DNA of 64,000 bases from Eledone cirrhosa. Taxonomy: Eukaryota. The first letter of the stretch is position 1; every line of letters begins with the position of its first letter. Both the position numbers and the translations under genes were made by a program. The notes under the pieces are model-generated. The model did no database searches. It was not told where the DNA came from and was given only the letters and a program-made list of their open reading frames with translations. The stretch spans positions 298,716,001 to 298,780,000 of the forward strand of contig OZ024741.1 of NCBI GenBank assembly GCA_964016885.1, given 5' to 3'. Shown in pieces: positions 43,049-56,907 of the stretch.

Positions 43049-44254
43049 TATAGTGACCGACGCCAGTAAAAGAATAAAAGAATATATGAATGTATACTAA
43101 AAGTATATTTTATATAAAGATGTCTATATATATATATATAAGTGCTTAGGCACACATTACACGTTTAAATCTAACACATATGTATCTTATCAGCTCACAT
43201 ATATCTCGAACATTAGCATAGACACATACACATATGCTCAATATAAGTGTAGTATAAAATGGTTGCTATATGGAAAACAATCCTGTCTGTTGTTGCTTTC
43301 CTCTGGGAGCTGTACGAAACATGTTTTCTCTCTGACAAAGAGAATCCAATAAATCAAGTATCTGGATAAATTCAGCTTTCAGAAAATCTCTTTTCACACC
43401 AACCTAACCCAAAGAGTTTTAACTGAACGAGATACAACAGAATCAATAATCTGCCATCATGCTAAACGATGGTCTTCCAGTTTTATTTTCAAAGTCATAC
43501 AAGGGCTGCTTATTCAGCCTCTGAAACTACTTCTAAAATTATATAGACGATGGATGTATATCGAATATTTTGAAAGAAGCAATCTTCATATTAATTCCCA
43601 AAACGTAGAAGGAAATCTGTATTACTGACATCACATTTATCAAATTTTTTGTTAGAAAATTATATGTAAGATTACCGTACACTACTTAGAAAATCAGAGA
43701 ACCCCATTCTTTAATAATACTCACCTCTATTTCTATATCAGACGTATACATGCTAGGATCCAAAACTATTGATGAAATCGTTAAGGCGCTGATCTGACAT
43801 ACGATGAGACTTGGGGGGGCCATTTTTTAAACCAGGCGATTACTTCAAGAGAGTGAGTGAGATATAGATAGAGAGATAGAGAGAGAGAGAACCTCAGTAT
43901 TTGACTGGTACTTTTTCAAATCAATTTATGAATGGCAAAGTTTCCAACGATTCTGCCAATTCGCCTCCACCAAACTTAATATTTTGATTCAAACCAAACT
44001 TAATCTTTTTATGAAGCAATACAGCCAAAATCTGAAAGTTTAATTATCCGGATCAGAATTTCATTTCGCATTGATTTTATATACTGACATATGTTAAATC
44101 TTTGGCAATACCATGCACAGTATTGTGCATGGGTTCGTGGTATTCAGCTCACAATTGCATTGTTGTGAGTTTATTATCAACGTCACATTGTGTCCTTGAG
44201 CAAAACAATTTCACGTTGTTCCAATTCACTCAGCTGGCAGAAATTAATTGTACC

Positions 44255-44476
44255 TTCTTCTTCTTCTTCTTCTTCTTCTTCTTCTTCTTCTTCTTCTTCT
44301 TCTTCTTCTTCTTCTTCTTCTTCTTCTTCTTCTTCTTCTTCTTCTTCTTCTTCTTCTTCTTCTTCTTCTTCTTCTTCTTCTTCTTCTTCTTCTTCTTCTT
44401 CTTCTTCTTGAGAAGGTCGTAGCGACAGTGCCCCCAACACTCCCTCCAGCGAGTCCTGTCAGAAGCAACCGTCTCC
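44255..44476 (-). mobile_element. RTE-like LINE 3' end with (GAA)n tail, inserted in a family B SINE
   Basis: Peptide ETVASDRTRWRE and TSD TGTACCT (44249-44255, 44477-44483). A related longer copy lies at 48990-49250 (+). Confidence 0.8.
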
Positions 44477-45472
44477 TGTACCTGTATTTCAAAAAGACAA
44501 TATCTCAACATAAGTTCATCAGTCGAACTATGCCTGCAATTCAAAAGAGTAGCCTTCTTACAATATTGTATCATACTAAATCGGGCTGAACTTTACTTTA
44601 AGGGTACACATGTCAATGGTCTACTAAGCCATTTACATGCTAATTTCATTGAGTAGGTGGTTCACTCGATGGAACAACTGAATACTCATATTCGAAAGCG
44701 ATGGTGATGTATTTGTTTATTGTATGCATGTATGTAACAGTAGTTACCGATGATGTTGACATTTTCTTTTTTTAGGGTTATAGCTATTGCCGCTCAGAGA
44801 GTGGGATTGGCTCAGTGCACAGTCTTTGCTTACTTAAAAAGAATCTTCACGCACAGGCATTGCACGATGGCATTAATTGATAATTATTAATAATGTTATA
44901 TCGTGCAATGGCCATACTCTATAACGAGAGGAGCAGCCCTCATGTATGTATTCATGTATGACTCCTAGTCTCCATTAAGACATCTCTTTATGAGAAGGTC
45001 ACTCCGATATAAAACCTGCGACTTCATTTGCATCCAATGATGTCCACCAGGTCTTCTTTTTCGGCAAATGCATTCGATGTTCAGAGAGTGGGATTGAGAC
45101 CATGTAAAGCCCTTCCCCCCTTAAAAAAAGCTTCAAGCGCAGGCATCGCTTAATATATGACACTTTCTGCGATGCATGGTATTACTGTCCATAGGCAAGT
45201 CCCTCGCAGGACTAAAAAGCCACGTCCGTGATGCTCATGCCTTAATATCAAGCGATGACATTACTCGAAATCGAGTTGCATCTATCACGTATATATGCAC
45301 ATATGTATGTACGTGTGTACATACGTATGTATGTATGTATGTATGTATGTATGTATGTATGTATGTATGTATGTATGTATGTATGTATGTATGTATTATG
45401 TATGTATGTATGTATGTATGTATGTATGTATGTATGTATGTATGTATGTATGTATGTATGTATGTATGTATG

Positions 45473-47283
45473 TCAGGTCACCAGTTGGTGCTACTGGTAA
45501 CATGTATCCCAGTACAACCTGTCTCATGGTCGGGTCGTTGGCGACTAAACTGGCAACCCCACCAAGGTTTCTTGGTGAGGAGGGTGACTTTGGACATCCT
45601 GCAGGACTAAAAACAAAACCTGTCAAAGGGCAAAGGAGCTCTTAAGTGTCAATGGCCATCCAAAATCACTGGGAGAGATGACCCCTTAGCCTTTGTCAAG
45701 GCAGAATTCTAGGAGAAGGAAAACTCTGATATAACACCTGCAACCCTGATGGTATCCAATGATGTTGACTTGTTCTTCTTTTTGGTAAATATCATCTTGG
45801 TTAAGAGAGTGGGACTGGCTTTGTGCAGTGCCTTTGCTCACTATAAAAGCTTCACGGCACAGGCATTGCTTTATATCTGGAGATCTCTCTGCACTTGTCC
45901 TCACATGGTACCATGGGCCCAGCACTATGTGTCAATAATTGTCACAAGTGTAGTGTTTGTACCAGAGTTTTCAAGTCGCTGGCTGGACTAAAAAGTCACA
46001 CTCGTTCAGCGCTTCGGTAGGGGTTCTCCTACATGGATATGAAGTAGTGGCCGTACTCGAAAACGAGTTGGCAGCCACTATGTATGTATGTATGTATGTT
46101 TGTCAAGGCATAATTCTAGAAGGAAAACTCTGATATAACACCTGCAACCCTGATGGTATCCAATGATGTTGACTTGTTTTTCTTTTTGGTAAATATCATC
46201 TTGGTTAAGAGAGTGGGACTGGCTTTGTGCAGTGCCTTTGCTCACTATAAAAGCTTCACGACACAGGCATTGCTTTATATCTGGAGATCTCTCTGCACTT
46301 GTCGTCACATGGTACCATGGGCCCAGTAATATGTGTCAATAATTGTCACAAGTGTAGTGTTTGTACCAGAGTTTTCAAGTCGCTGGCTGGACTAAAAAGT
46401 CACACTCGTTCAGCCCATCGGTAGGGGTTCTCCTACATGTATATAAAGTAGTGGCCATACTCGAAAACGAGTTGGCAGCCACCATGTATGTATGTATGTG
46501 TGTCAGGTCACCAGTTGGTGCTACTGGTAACATGTATCCCAGTACAACCTGTCTCATGGTCGCGTCGTTGGCGACTAAACTGGCACCCCCACCAAGGTTT
46601 CTTGGTGAGGAGGGTGGCTTTGGACATCCTGCAGGACTAAAAACAAAACCTGTCAAAAGGCAAAGGGGCTCTTAAGAGTCAATAGCCATCCAAAATCACC
46701 GGGAGAGATGACCCCTTAGCCTTTGTCAAGGCAGAATTCTAGGAGAAGGAAAACTCTGATATAACACCTGCAACCCTGATGGTATCCAATGATGTTGAAT
46801 TGTTCTTCTTTTTGGTAAATATCATCTTGGTTAAGAGAGTGGGACTGGCTTTGTGCAGTGCCTTTGCTCACTATAAAAGCTTCACAGCACAGGCATTGCT
46901 TTATATCTAGAGATCTCTCTGCACTTGTCGTCACATGGTACCATGGGCCCAGCACTATGTGTCAATAATTGTCACAAGTGTAGTGTTTGTACCAGAGTTT
47001 TCAAGTCGCTGGCTGGACTAAAAAGTCACATTCGTTCAGCGCATTGGTAGGGGTTCTCCTACATGGATATAAAGTAGTGGCCGTACTCGAAAACGAGTTG
47101 GCAGCCACCATGTATGTATGTATGTATGTACATATGTATGTACGTGTGTACATACGTACGTATGTATGTATGTATGTATGTATGTATGTATGTATGTATG
47201 TATGTATGTATGTATGTATGTATGTATGTATGTATGTATGTTTGTATGTATGTATATATGTACATATGTATGTACGTGTATAC

Positions 47284-47314
<31 letters not shown>

Positions 47315-47951
47315 TGTATGTATGTATGTATGTATGTATGTATGTCAGGTCACCAGTTGGTGCTACTGGTAACATGTATCCCAGTACAACCTCTCTCATG
47401 GTCGGGTCGTTGGCGACTAAACTGGCAACCCCACCAAAGTTTCTTGGTGAGGAGGGTGACTTTGGACATCCTGCAGGACTAAAAACGAAAACCTGTCAAA
47501 GGGCAACAGGGCTCTTAAGAGTCAATGGCCATCCAAAATCACCGGGAGAGATGACCCCTTAGCTTTTGTCAAGGCAGAATTCTAGGAGAAGGAAAACTCT
47601 GATATAACACCTGCAACCCTGATGGTATCCAATGATGTTGACTTGTTTTTCTTTTTGGTAAATATCATCTTGGTTAAGAGAGTGGGACTGGATTTGTGCA
47701 GTGCCTTTGCTCACTATAAAAGCTTCACGGCACAGGCATTGCTTTATATCTGGAGATCTCTCTGCACTTGTCGCCACATGGTATCATGGGCCCAGCACTG
47801 TGTCAATAATTGTCACAAGTGTAGTGTTTGTACCAGAGTTTTCAAGTCGCTGGCTGGACTAAAAAGTCACACTCGTTCGGCGCCATCGGTAGGGGTTCTC
47901 CTACATGGATATGAAGTAGTGGCCGTACTCGAAAACGAGTTGGCAGCCACC
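45473..47951 (+). mobile_element. tandem array of four RTE-derived bipartite non-autonomous elements (about 600 bp each) separated by (ATGT)n
   Basis: Units 45473-46078, 46098-46482 (5'-truncated), 46503-47109 and 47345-47951. RTE 5'UTR-like ctaggagaaggaaaactctga is fused to the C-terminal CSVCTRVFKSLAGLKSHTR, a 3' stem-loop and an (ATGT)n tail. Confidence 0.82.
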
Positions 47952-48989
47952 ATGTATGTATGTATGTATGTATGTATGTATGTATGTATGTATGTATGTA
48001 TGTATGTATGTATGTATGTATGTATTTTTGTATGTATGTATGTATGTATTTTTGTATGTAAGTATGTATGTATATATGTATATATGTATGTAAGTATGCA
48101 TGTATATATGTGTGTAAGTATGTATGTATGTAAGTGTGCATGTATGTATGTAAGTATGTATGTATTTGTGCATGTACTAACACATACATATATACCTCAC
48201 ATTTAATATTTATAACATCGAACAGATATATTTAATTTATACAATAAAATCTATAGTTATTAACATTTTTACGACTACCTGTAAAACGAAATCAGAAACA
48301 GGATGTGCTCTAAACTGTCGCCACGCAATAACAATACATTATAGTGACATGAAAGATAGAAAAAGAAGACAAACAAATATAAAACTAACCAAAACTTTTA
48401 CTAGTTTGCTTTAAAGCTGCTACGTGAAAGCTATTGTGTACGAGCTGTTATGATTGTAGAGTATCAATGTTTGAACGTTTTGCTGTTAATGACTTAGGTA
48501 GATAATACAGTTATGAAATTGGAAGATGAGTAGCTTAGAGATTAGGGTGTTTGTCTCAACATCGTAAAGCCATGAGTTCGATTCTTGGCAGTGCGTTGTG
48601 TCCTTGAGCAAGACACTTTATTTCATGTTGCTCCAGTTCACTTAGCTGACCAAAATAAGCTGTAGTTGTAATTACCACGTTATTGCATTTTAGTATAGGA
48701 TGTACGAGGTAACACGGGAGACTGGACGAAGATGTGGTCCATGTTAGAAATAGCAACCAAATTGCCTTCAAATCATATTTTACCGTTTAAAATAAAACGT
48801 GTGTAAAATGTGATGCTAAGTTTGCGAAAGACAAAATAAAATAAAAATCCGTAAAAAACTATGTCACGCTGAATCACAATGAGATCTACATTATATGTGC
48901 ACAGGCTATTTTGTTGTTTGACAAGTGGATCACTCTTCGTTGGAATAACTGAAGCCCAAACACATATAGTTATGTAATCCTTTTGCTGA

Positions 48990-49250
48990 AATTTGTTTTA
49001 GTGATGGTATCGCTGTCGAGCAAAACCAGCCGGCAGGAGACCCAGTGCTAAACCCCGAGCATAATGGTTGAATAACATCCATGAGCTTGGCTGGTTTCTC
49101 TTGGGGATCCAGTCGGATCAGATGGAGACGGATGCTTCTGACAGGACTCGCTGGAGGGAGTGTTTGAGGAATTTGTCCTCAAAACCCTCTCAGGAAGAAG
49201 AAGAAGAAGAAGAAGAAGAAGAAGAAGAAGAAGAAGAAGAAGAAGAAGAA
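48990..49250 (+). mobile_element. RTE-like LINE 3' end
   Basis: RPAGRP...WLNNIHELGW..LGI......ASDRTRWR followed by (GAA)n. Confidence 0.75.
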
Positions 49251-49330
49251 AACAAACATGGTTTTTGAAGAATCGAAATGTACAGAATTTCACTAAAGGG
49301 TAGCCTTTAGAAAATGTCTTAACACACACA

Positions 49331-49386
<56 letters not shown>

Positions 49387-49943
49387 CATCACCGTTTAGC
49401 GTCTAATCTCTATGATGTATAGATAGGTGTATGTGGTGTTTGTGTGTGTGTATAAATGTATGTATGTCCTGCAGGACAAAAAACAAAACCTGACAAAGGG
49501 CGGAAGAACTCATAAGAGTCAACGGCCATCCAAAAGTGTGTAAATATGTATATACACATGTACATATGTATATACATGGGTGCATCTGTATGTATATGCG
49601 CGGGGATATAGAAAAAGTCGGGCTGGACACCCGATCGCGCAGTTAAACCACTGGGAGTGAAGGACCCCTAGCCTTTGTCAGGGCATTCTTCTTGGAGAAG
49701 GCAACTCAGGAAACTGGGATAACTCCGATATAAAACCTGCGGCTCAGTAGTTACTGATGATGTTGATCTTTTCTTCTTTTCGGGTTATAGTTACTGTCGC
49801 TCAGAGAGTGGGATTATGCTCAGTGCACAGCCTTTCCTCACTTTAAAAAATATCTTCACGCACAGCCATTGAACGGTAGAATTAATTAATAATTATTAAT
49901 AATGGTATAACGGGCAATGGTCATACTCGATAACGAGGGGGAA

Positions 49944-49988
<45 letters not shown>

Positions 49989-49993
49989 ATATA

Positions 49994-50340
49994 TTAATAA
50001 AAGGAATTCCAACTTTGTCTGATTTACTCATTTTATTTACAATCCTTTAAAATTGTAATGATATTATAATGAAATAGTATGGTAGAATATTAAATGTTAA
50101 GTGTTAATTGAACAAGTACTTTCATGCTTTTGCAATCTTCAGGTTCATATTCTGTGGTAACAGTCAAGTTTGCAATTTTCAACTTGTTCAATTAACACTT
50201 AACATTTAATATTCTACCATACTATTTCATTCATTATAATATCATTATAATTTTAAAAGATTGTAAATTAAACGAGTAAATCAGACAAAGTTGGAATTTC
50301 TTCTATTAATATAATCGTCTATACACAATCATACACACCC

Positions 50341-50341
<1 letters not shown>
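49994..50341. mobile_element. palindromic HHR-bearing element in (TA)n
   Basis: Arms 49994-50117 and 50182-50311 are inverted; a short tail continues to 50341. Confidence 0.8.
50109..50147 (-). ncRNA. minimal type I hammerhead ribozyme
   Basis: TGAAC-CTGAAGA-TTGC(aaaa)GCAT-GAAA-GTAC-TT-GTTCA, with palindromic stem III AAGTACTT. Confidence 0.8.
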
Positions 50342-50424
<83 letters not shown>

Positions 50425-52904
50425 TTGAATGTGTGTGTGAAGATATCGCTATCGGATATTATTTCTCTCATATTACTGATGCTGTATCGTGTTTTATAAT
50501 GTAGTTGCATAGTTGTTATTACCGACCTCCTCATTGAGCTGACGTATGATTAAATGAGTTTTAACCGTAACCTGCTAGATTTCAGGCTCGTTATCTATTA
50601 GACGTAGCAGGTGAATTTCTTTCACCTCACCACATACCTTTTTAAAAAAAGAAGGAAAAACAGAGTAGCTACAGGTAAAGCGCATTTGACCATGATCTTG
50701 CTTGTTCAGCAACAGCAGCAGCAGCAACAACAACAATAATAACAATAGCAACAACAACAATAACAATGGCAGCAGCAACAACAATGTAGAAACTATCAGT
50801 CCGGGAGAGAGGCCATATTGAAACCAATCTTTAAGAAACCACCAAGATTGGAAGTTCAGTATAATAAAAATCTTTGAGTACATGGAAGCTACGAAAATTT
50901 CAACAACAGAAACTTCTAGTTGTTTTAAAGCTTCCCTTGTTTCTTATTTTCCTTTTCATTTTCGTTTTCTTATGCATAATCTGCCTCCCATTGGCCTTCA
51001 ATATTTGAAATTTTATTAATTTATTCATCTTTTCTGTTATTTTTCCGTTTAATTTTTCTTTATTATTATTACTTGTCTCAGTAGCTTATTTTGATTGTAA
51101 GAAGTACTCGATTATTCCCCTAGTCTGTCATGGCTTACTAGCTCTATATGGACGTTTAAATTGAAAAATAAATAAATAAAATACATCTATGCTAACGTTG
51201 AGATTGTTTTGATCTCGACTCGTTATCAGGTGTTTTATTCCTAGATATGCACAGAGTACGTTATATATCTAAACTAAGGATAGTAACACTCTTATTCGTT
51301 GAATCGTTAGCGTAAATATTAGGAATCGTTAACATTCATTGTATGTGTGTTAGTGGTTTAGTGGATAAGAGCATTACTACCCTTAGTTTAGATAGAGAGG
51401 TTTCGAATAGACTTATATGTGAAGGTGCATGGCCTAGTGGGTAAAGGTGTCCCAATCACGATCGTAAGTAAGGCCATGTGTTCGATTTTAGGCGGTGCGT
51501 TGTTTCTTCATGCAAGATACATTATTTCACGTTGCTTCAGTCCAGTCAGCTTCAAAATATGAGTTGTACCTGTAATTCAAAGCATCAACATTGTTATACA
51601 CTGTGTCATGCTGAATCTCCTGGTAAATTACATGAATTACACGTCTCTGGTACTTTCACATTATTTTCATGATCAGTCAGTTTTCCGACAGAGATAAATA
51701 AAAAAAAATATTTGCATAAACAGAAATATGAAACCTAATGACGGCCGAAAATCAAACTGATAGAAAAGTAGGTGTATGTGGACATAGACATGGCTGAGTA
51801 ATTAAACAATTTACTCCGCAAGCATGTCACGCGTTCGATCCCACTGTATTGCATCTAGGGCAAGTGTATTTACAATAACTCGAGCTTTGTGGGTGAAAGT
51901 GGATAGACGGAAGCCCGTTGGGTGGAATTTACTTGCAATACCAATGCCTAACCTTATCACACATTGTACCATGCTGTTTCGGCTTCAGGAATTACATTAA
52001 GAGTACACGTGTTTATAAAATCGTTGGCCATTTACATGTTAATTCGCGAGTTGGTCGAACAAACGAACGCCTATCGTCGAAGCAATGTCGTTCTGTAGTT
52101 ATAATAAAAAAAATACCTGCCAATGCTATCATACAGTGGTATGGAACCCAGTATCCCTTAATTATACAACCAGAGTTCCAGTTGTTAAAACATTAAAACA
52201 GAATGTTCACAAAAGTGCAAGTGATTGAGCATTCAACAGATTTGCCCACGCTCAACGTAGTTTTAAAGGATATTCAACACGACATAGTATGCGACAAGCT
52301 ATAAATATTTTTTTTCAGCCCAATGAACTGGAGAAACGTAAAATAATGTGTCATGCTCAAGGACACAACTCACTGCCTGGAATCGAATTCGCAACCGTAC
52401 GATTGGGAGACGAACAACCTAAAAAACTAATGCACGTACTTTCATACTAAACCATGCGTTAGACAAAGCATGAATATCAAAAAAAATATGAGAGCATATA
52501 ACAATAAAAAAAACTGCAATATTTATTCTTGACGCTGTTTTAAAATATTTATTGCTAACGTCTTTGAATGCATTAAAACACTGTCTGCAATAATTCTTAT
52601 CTTTCATATTGAAAAGGTAATCAAAGCTATATCATTAATTCAGTACAGCTTTTATAAATATAATTAAATAAAAACAAAATATTATCAAATTATTTAATAT
52701 TAACAAAACAACCACACTACCACACACACGAAAAAACAAAACAAAAACAAAACAAATATCAGATATAATTTCCCTCAATCTCTTTCACTTTGTTTAGCAT
52801 TTCTCATAAAACATTTACACTTCATACTCCCAAATTATATGTGGATAATAAAAATATAGAATAATAAATAAAGTATTAGTCCAGGTGGGTGATTGGTTGA
52901 ATTA

Positions 52905-54621
52905 CACCGTGTAACATATAATCGTTCCCCGATTCTAAGTCTCATTTCCTGGTTTGTTATATGCCATTATTATAAAAAAACACACTATTATTTCATCAGA
53001 CGTTTGGGTTTGGAGTCAGGAGTTTGATATTTCGAAATTTTCATATTTTTCAAGAAAAAACACATTTAAAAAAATTTTATCAGTTCATATAATTAAATCA
53101 ACAGAGTATATATTTATTTTATTACATAAGCTTATCAAAAGCAAACAAGTAAAAACAAATAACACTTATAAAGCAACTTATACACGTCAGAAATGACTGG
53201 ATTTCCTGGATTTGCGGTTGTAGTCCAGGTCGCATTCCCGCACTAGCCCCCAGATATATTCCTCCATCACTTTTTCATTGTAGTGGCCCTGGTACCTCCG
53301 CTCTATCTATTTCACATCTTGGTGGAATCGTTCGCCTTGTTCTTCTGAGTAGGCGCCCATATTGTCCTTGAATTTTTCCAGGTGAGCGTCCAGCATATGG
53401 AGTTTAAGCGACATCCTGCATCTCATGATCTCATGATCCTGCACCAGTTGCTGGTAGTTTTCAGTTCTGTAGTTGGCCAGGAAGCCCTTAACAACTACCT
53501 TGAAACAGTTCCATGCTGTTCTCTCAATCCCATTGAGCTTATTGGAGAACTCGGTAGACTCAAACACTTTCTTTATCTGAGGTCCAACAAAAATTCCGCC
53601 TTTGATTTTGGCCTCAGAAAACTTGGGGAAAAACTAAAAAAGGTACTTAAAAGCGGCTGATTCTTAGTTGAGAGCCTTCACAAACTGCTTCATCAACCCC
53701 AACTTAATGTGCAGTGGCGGCATGAGCACAATCCGGGGATTAACCAGTGGCTCCCACATCACGCTCCGGGTCCCAACTACAAATTCTGTTCGCTACTCCC
53801 AGTTCTTTCTTTTGTAGTGGTCAGAGGTGGCTCTGCTGTCCCAAAGGCAGAGGAAGCATTGGAATTTGATAGAGCCTCCTTGGAGTCCAAGCAGGAAAGC
53901 CACCATCTTTAAGTCTCCAATGATTTCCCAATTGCACTGGTTGTATTGCAGAGCTTCCAAAGGGACGTTCACACGAGTAATCTTCCTTCAGGCAGATAGA
54001 ATGAGCTAGGGGCAGTGTCGGGAACTTGTTTCCATTGTGGAGGAGGACAGCCTTCAAACTTGTGGTGGAGCTGTCTATAAATAGCCGCCACTCCTTGGGC
54101 ACAAACGGCACCCCAATAACGTCAAACACTCCAGGCACATCATGGCAGAAGCAGAGTGTAAAAGCCTGAGAAAGGTTCGTGTCGACTTCTCTGACTTGTC
54201 ACCTGCACTTCCTCCTTGACCAAGTTCCACTGCTTCATCCTGGAGACGAATGCTTAAAACACAACTTACCCTTTATTCAGGGTGCGAAAATCCAGTATCA
54301 ATAAATCTCTTTAATCCACTTTTTAACAATTTTATACTTTATTGCCCTTTTATAATTTTCTTTAGGTATTACTCTTTATTTTATAATTTTAATTTAACCT
54401 GAAACATATATAAAAAAATCATTTAACATAAGCAAATTAAACTTACATACAACGTAACATCCAGCATACAAATAATTCTAGTGAATAGCTTAGAATTTTT
54501 ACAAACCCCAACTTTTAACTGTTTAATAGCACTTTTTTAAAAATTTATTTGGGACCTAAGCAACACAAAAAAAGTGATTACAAGCCAGGAACAGAGAACA
54601 TTTTTTTTCTGTTACACGGTG
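52905..54621 (-). mobile_element. Chapaev3-type (CMC) DNA transposon, internally deleted
   Basis: Perfect 11-bp TIR CACCGTGTAAC / GTTACACGGTG and TTA TSD on both sides. Transposase remnants: EWRLFIDSS..SLKAVLLHNGN, PPLHIKLGLMKQFVKAL, MSLKLHMLDAHL, SEEQGERFHQD. Family name recalled from memory. Confidence 0.82.
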
Positions 54622-55499
54622 TTATTAGTGCAACGAACGCAATGCCATGCGGTGTCTCTTTCGGTAATTTGCATTCGTCTGCAACGTCACTGGTGCCAAG
54701 TTGTATCGGCTTTGGCCTCCTTCTTGGACAATATCAATAGCACGGAGAGGAGGAAACTTTCTTGTATTGACGATTGTTGGTATTCCACAACAGCAACAAC
54801 ATTTGCCCAGCCATGCGTCGTGGAGAGGAAGTTTGCAGGTGGCGAACTATGGTCTCTTGAGATATCAGTTAACTAATTATGAAATAGTATAAAAAGTGAA
54901 AACATTCGGTTGAATTGAAAATATAGTCCTCACAATGCAGATAACTACAATAATAATGGGTAACTATAAGTAATAATTAAAAAAGTAGGGTAAAGTTTCC
55001 CTGGTGACGGAAGTACTTTGTCCGTTTTTTTTACTATTATTTACTGTGCACAATTGTCATGGCGACTATATTTTTCTGTATCGTGGCGACTAAAATTTTA
55101 AATCTTAACATTAAACGTGTTTTAGGAAGCTAATACAATGCAAATTATAAATAAAAAATGAAAACAAATATACAAATGCAATCAAAACAAAAATGAAGTT
55201 TTTAAATTCTACCTTGTTATCACTACCTGCCATAGACCAGCGTCTTAGCCAGGGCATGGACTTGTCTCCCATTTTAACTTAATACTTAGAACATCAGAGG
55301 CAAGCGCCAGGCTATGTGGATCAGATTGGTTCAGATGAAATTAAATTTATTATATGAATAATGCAAAAAATGGAGGTGTATAGGAATGTAAAGGAAAGGA
55401 CTATAAAGGCCATAAATGAGGAGAAAAGGAGGTAAAAAGCAAGGACAATTAGGCCATGGAAGAAAGAAGGGGGTAAGAGGAGATGGTGACAGGCTCTAG

Positions 55500-55830
55500 G
55501 CATAGGTCGGCGTGGGGTTTCGTCTGTGCTCCGCGGACAAACCTGCAGAGGCATTTCCGCGGACAATGGTCAGCGACAGCTGCACCAGCTACCCCAGCTT
55601 GCGGGGCTCCTCCTTCACACGGGCCGCTAACCTTCCAATTTTACGAAGGAGCTCAGCTGTACAGGGTCTGAGGATACTTGAGGTCTAGACGGTGGCCGGT
55701 GCAAAAAGGAAGCGGCCAGGAAGCCCCAGTATTTCCTTGTCTTCCTCTCCTCTGCATTATGAGCTGCGGTACCGGGATTTGTGGCTGAAGCGACTAAGTT
55801 GTTACAGCATGCCACGTGCCAGATGAGTCA
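55500..55830 (-). mobile_element. CRE-clade non-LTR 3' remnant (RLE C-terminus)
   Basis: GTAAHNAEERKTRKY...QLSLTIVRGNASA, with frameshifts. Confidence 0.65.
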
Positions 55831-56055
55831 TATACCTTATTCGAAAGGGAATTTACAAAAGAAACAAATCAACAAAATTTTCAAACTGGTGATTAAACTT
55901 TATATCCCAATTGATGAGCAATAGTGCCATTGGTTAGATATTTCTAATGGAACAATTACTGGTTTATCTGCATTCCTGAGAATAACGGTGGACTGTAATC
56001 ATTTTTTTTCTTCTGTTTGTCACCCATGCTTATGTCTAAAACCTATACATTGCCG

Positions 56056-56128
<73 letters not shown>

Positions 56129-56252
56129 CGCGCGCGCGCACACGCACACACAATATGTCTGTTAAGAATTTTACAATAAACTTAATACATTTATATACAA
56201 GCCGAATATGATAAAAAAAAAAAAGATGTGATAGAATTATGTGCGGGAATCG

Positions 56253-56307
<55 letters not shown>

Positions 56308-56328
56308 ATATAGAAATGGCTTCTACAG

Positions 56329-56372
<44 letters not shown>

Positions 56373-56409
56373 TTTTTTTTTTAATATAGAAATGGCTTCT
56401 ACAGGACTA

Positions 56410-56452
<43 letters not shown>

Positions 56453-56454
<2 letters not shown>

Positions 56455-56762
56455 CCAAAGATTAATATGGTTCATTGATTACTCAATGAATATAGTTTTA
56501 CAATAGATTAAAAGCACTCTACAGTTAAAGATTTCTGGAGTTATTAATATAATTCAAAGTATTAATAAATGAAGACATTTACATAATCAAAATATATGTT
56601 TTATTATATATATTTCGATGGTACTGTGCTGTTTTTTCAGTACGTCCTCGTCAGATAAAATACATGAATTGATGTATGACATACCTCTACGGTCTTGATG
56701 GTTCAAAAACAACATATATTTTGATTATGTGAATGTCTTCATTTATTAATATTTTGAATAAT
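56453..56762 (-). mobile_element. palindromic HHR-bearing element in (TA)n
   Basis: 56550-56600 is inverted at 56711-56762; the tail runs to 56453. Confidence 0.75.
56599..56660 (-). ncRNA. type I hammerhead ribozyme
   Basis: TTTTAT-CTGACGA-GGACGTACTG...CAGTACCATC-GAAA-TATATA-TA-ATAAAA. Confidence 0.75.
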
Positions 56763-56907
56763 ATATATATATATATATATATAAATATATATTTTTTTAA
56801 ATGTAGAAATGGCTTCTACAGGAGTAGATATATATATATATTCCTGACATTTAACTCTATAATATAAGTATATATATATAGATATATACGTATATATATA
56901 TATATAC

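Noticed and set aside
43380-43760. Highly decayed PLE RT (YIDDG-like motif near 43540)
   Set aside because: Only one short motif amid stops and frameshifts; too weak to annotate.
45473-47951. CRISPR-like array or C2H2 zinc-finger gene cluster
   Set aside because: The repeats are about 600-bp retroelement units with microsatellite spacers. The single C2H2-like motif is the RTE C-terminus.
50575-50883. Poly-Gln/Asn/Leu coding exon
   Set aside because: Mixed CAG/CAA/AAT repeat with stops or no context in the plus frames; not supportable.
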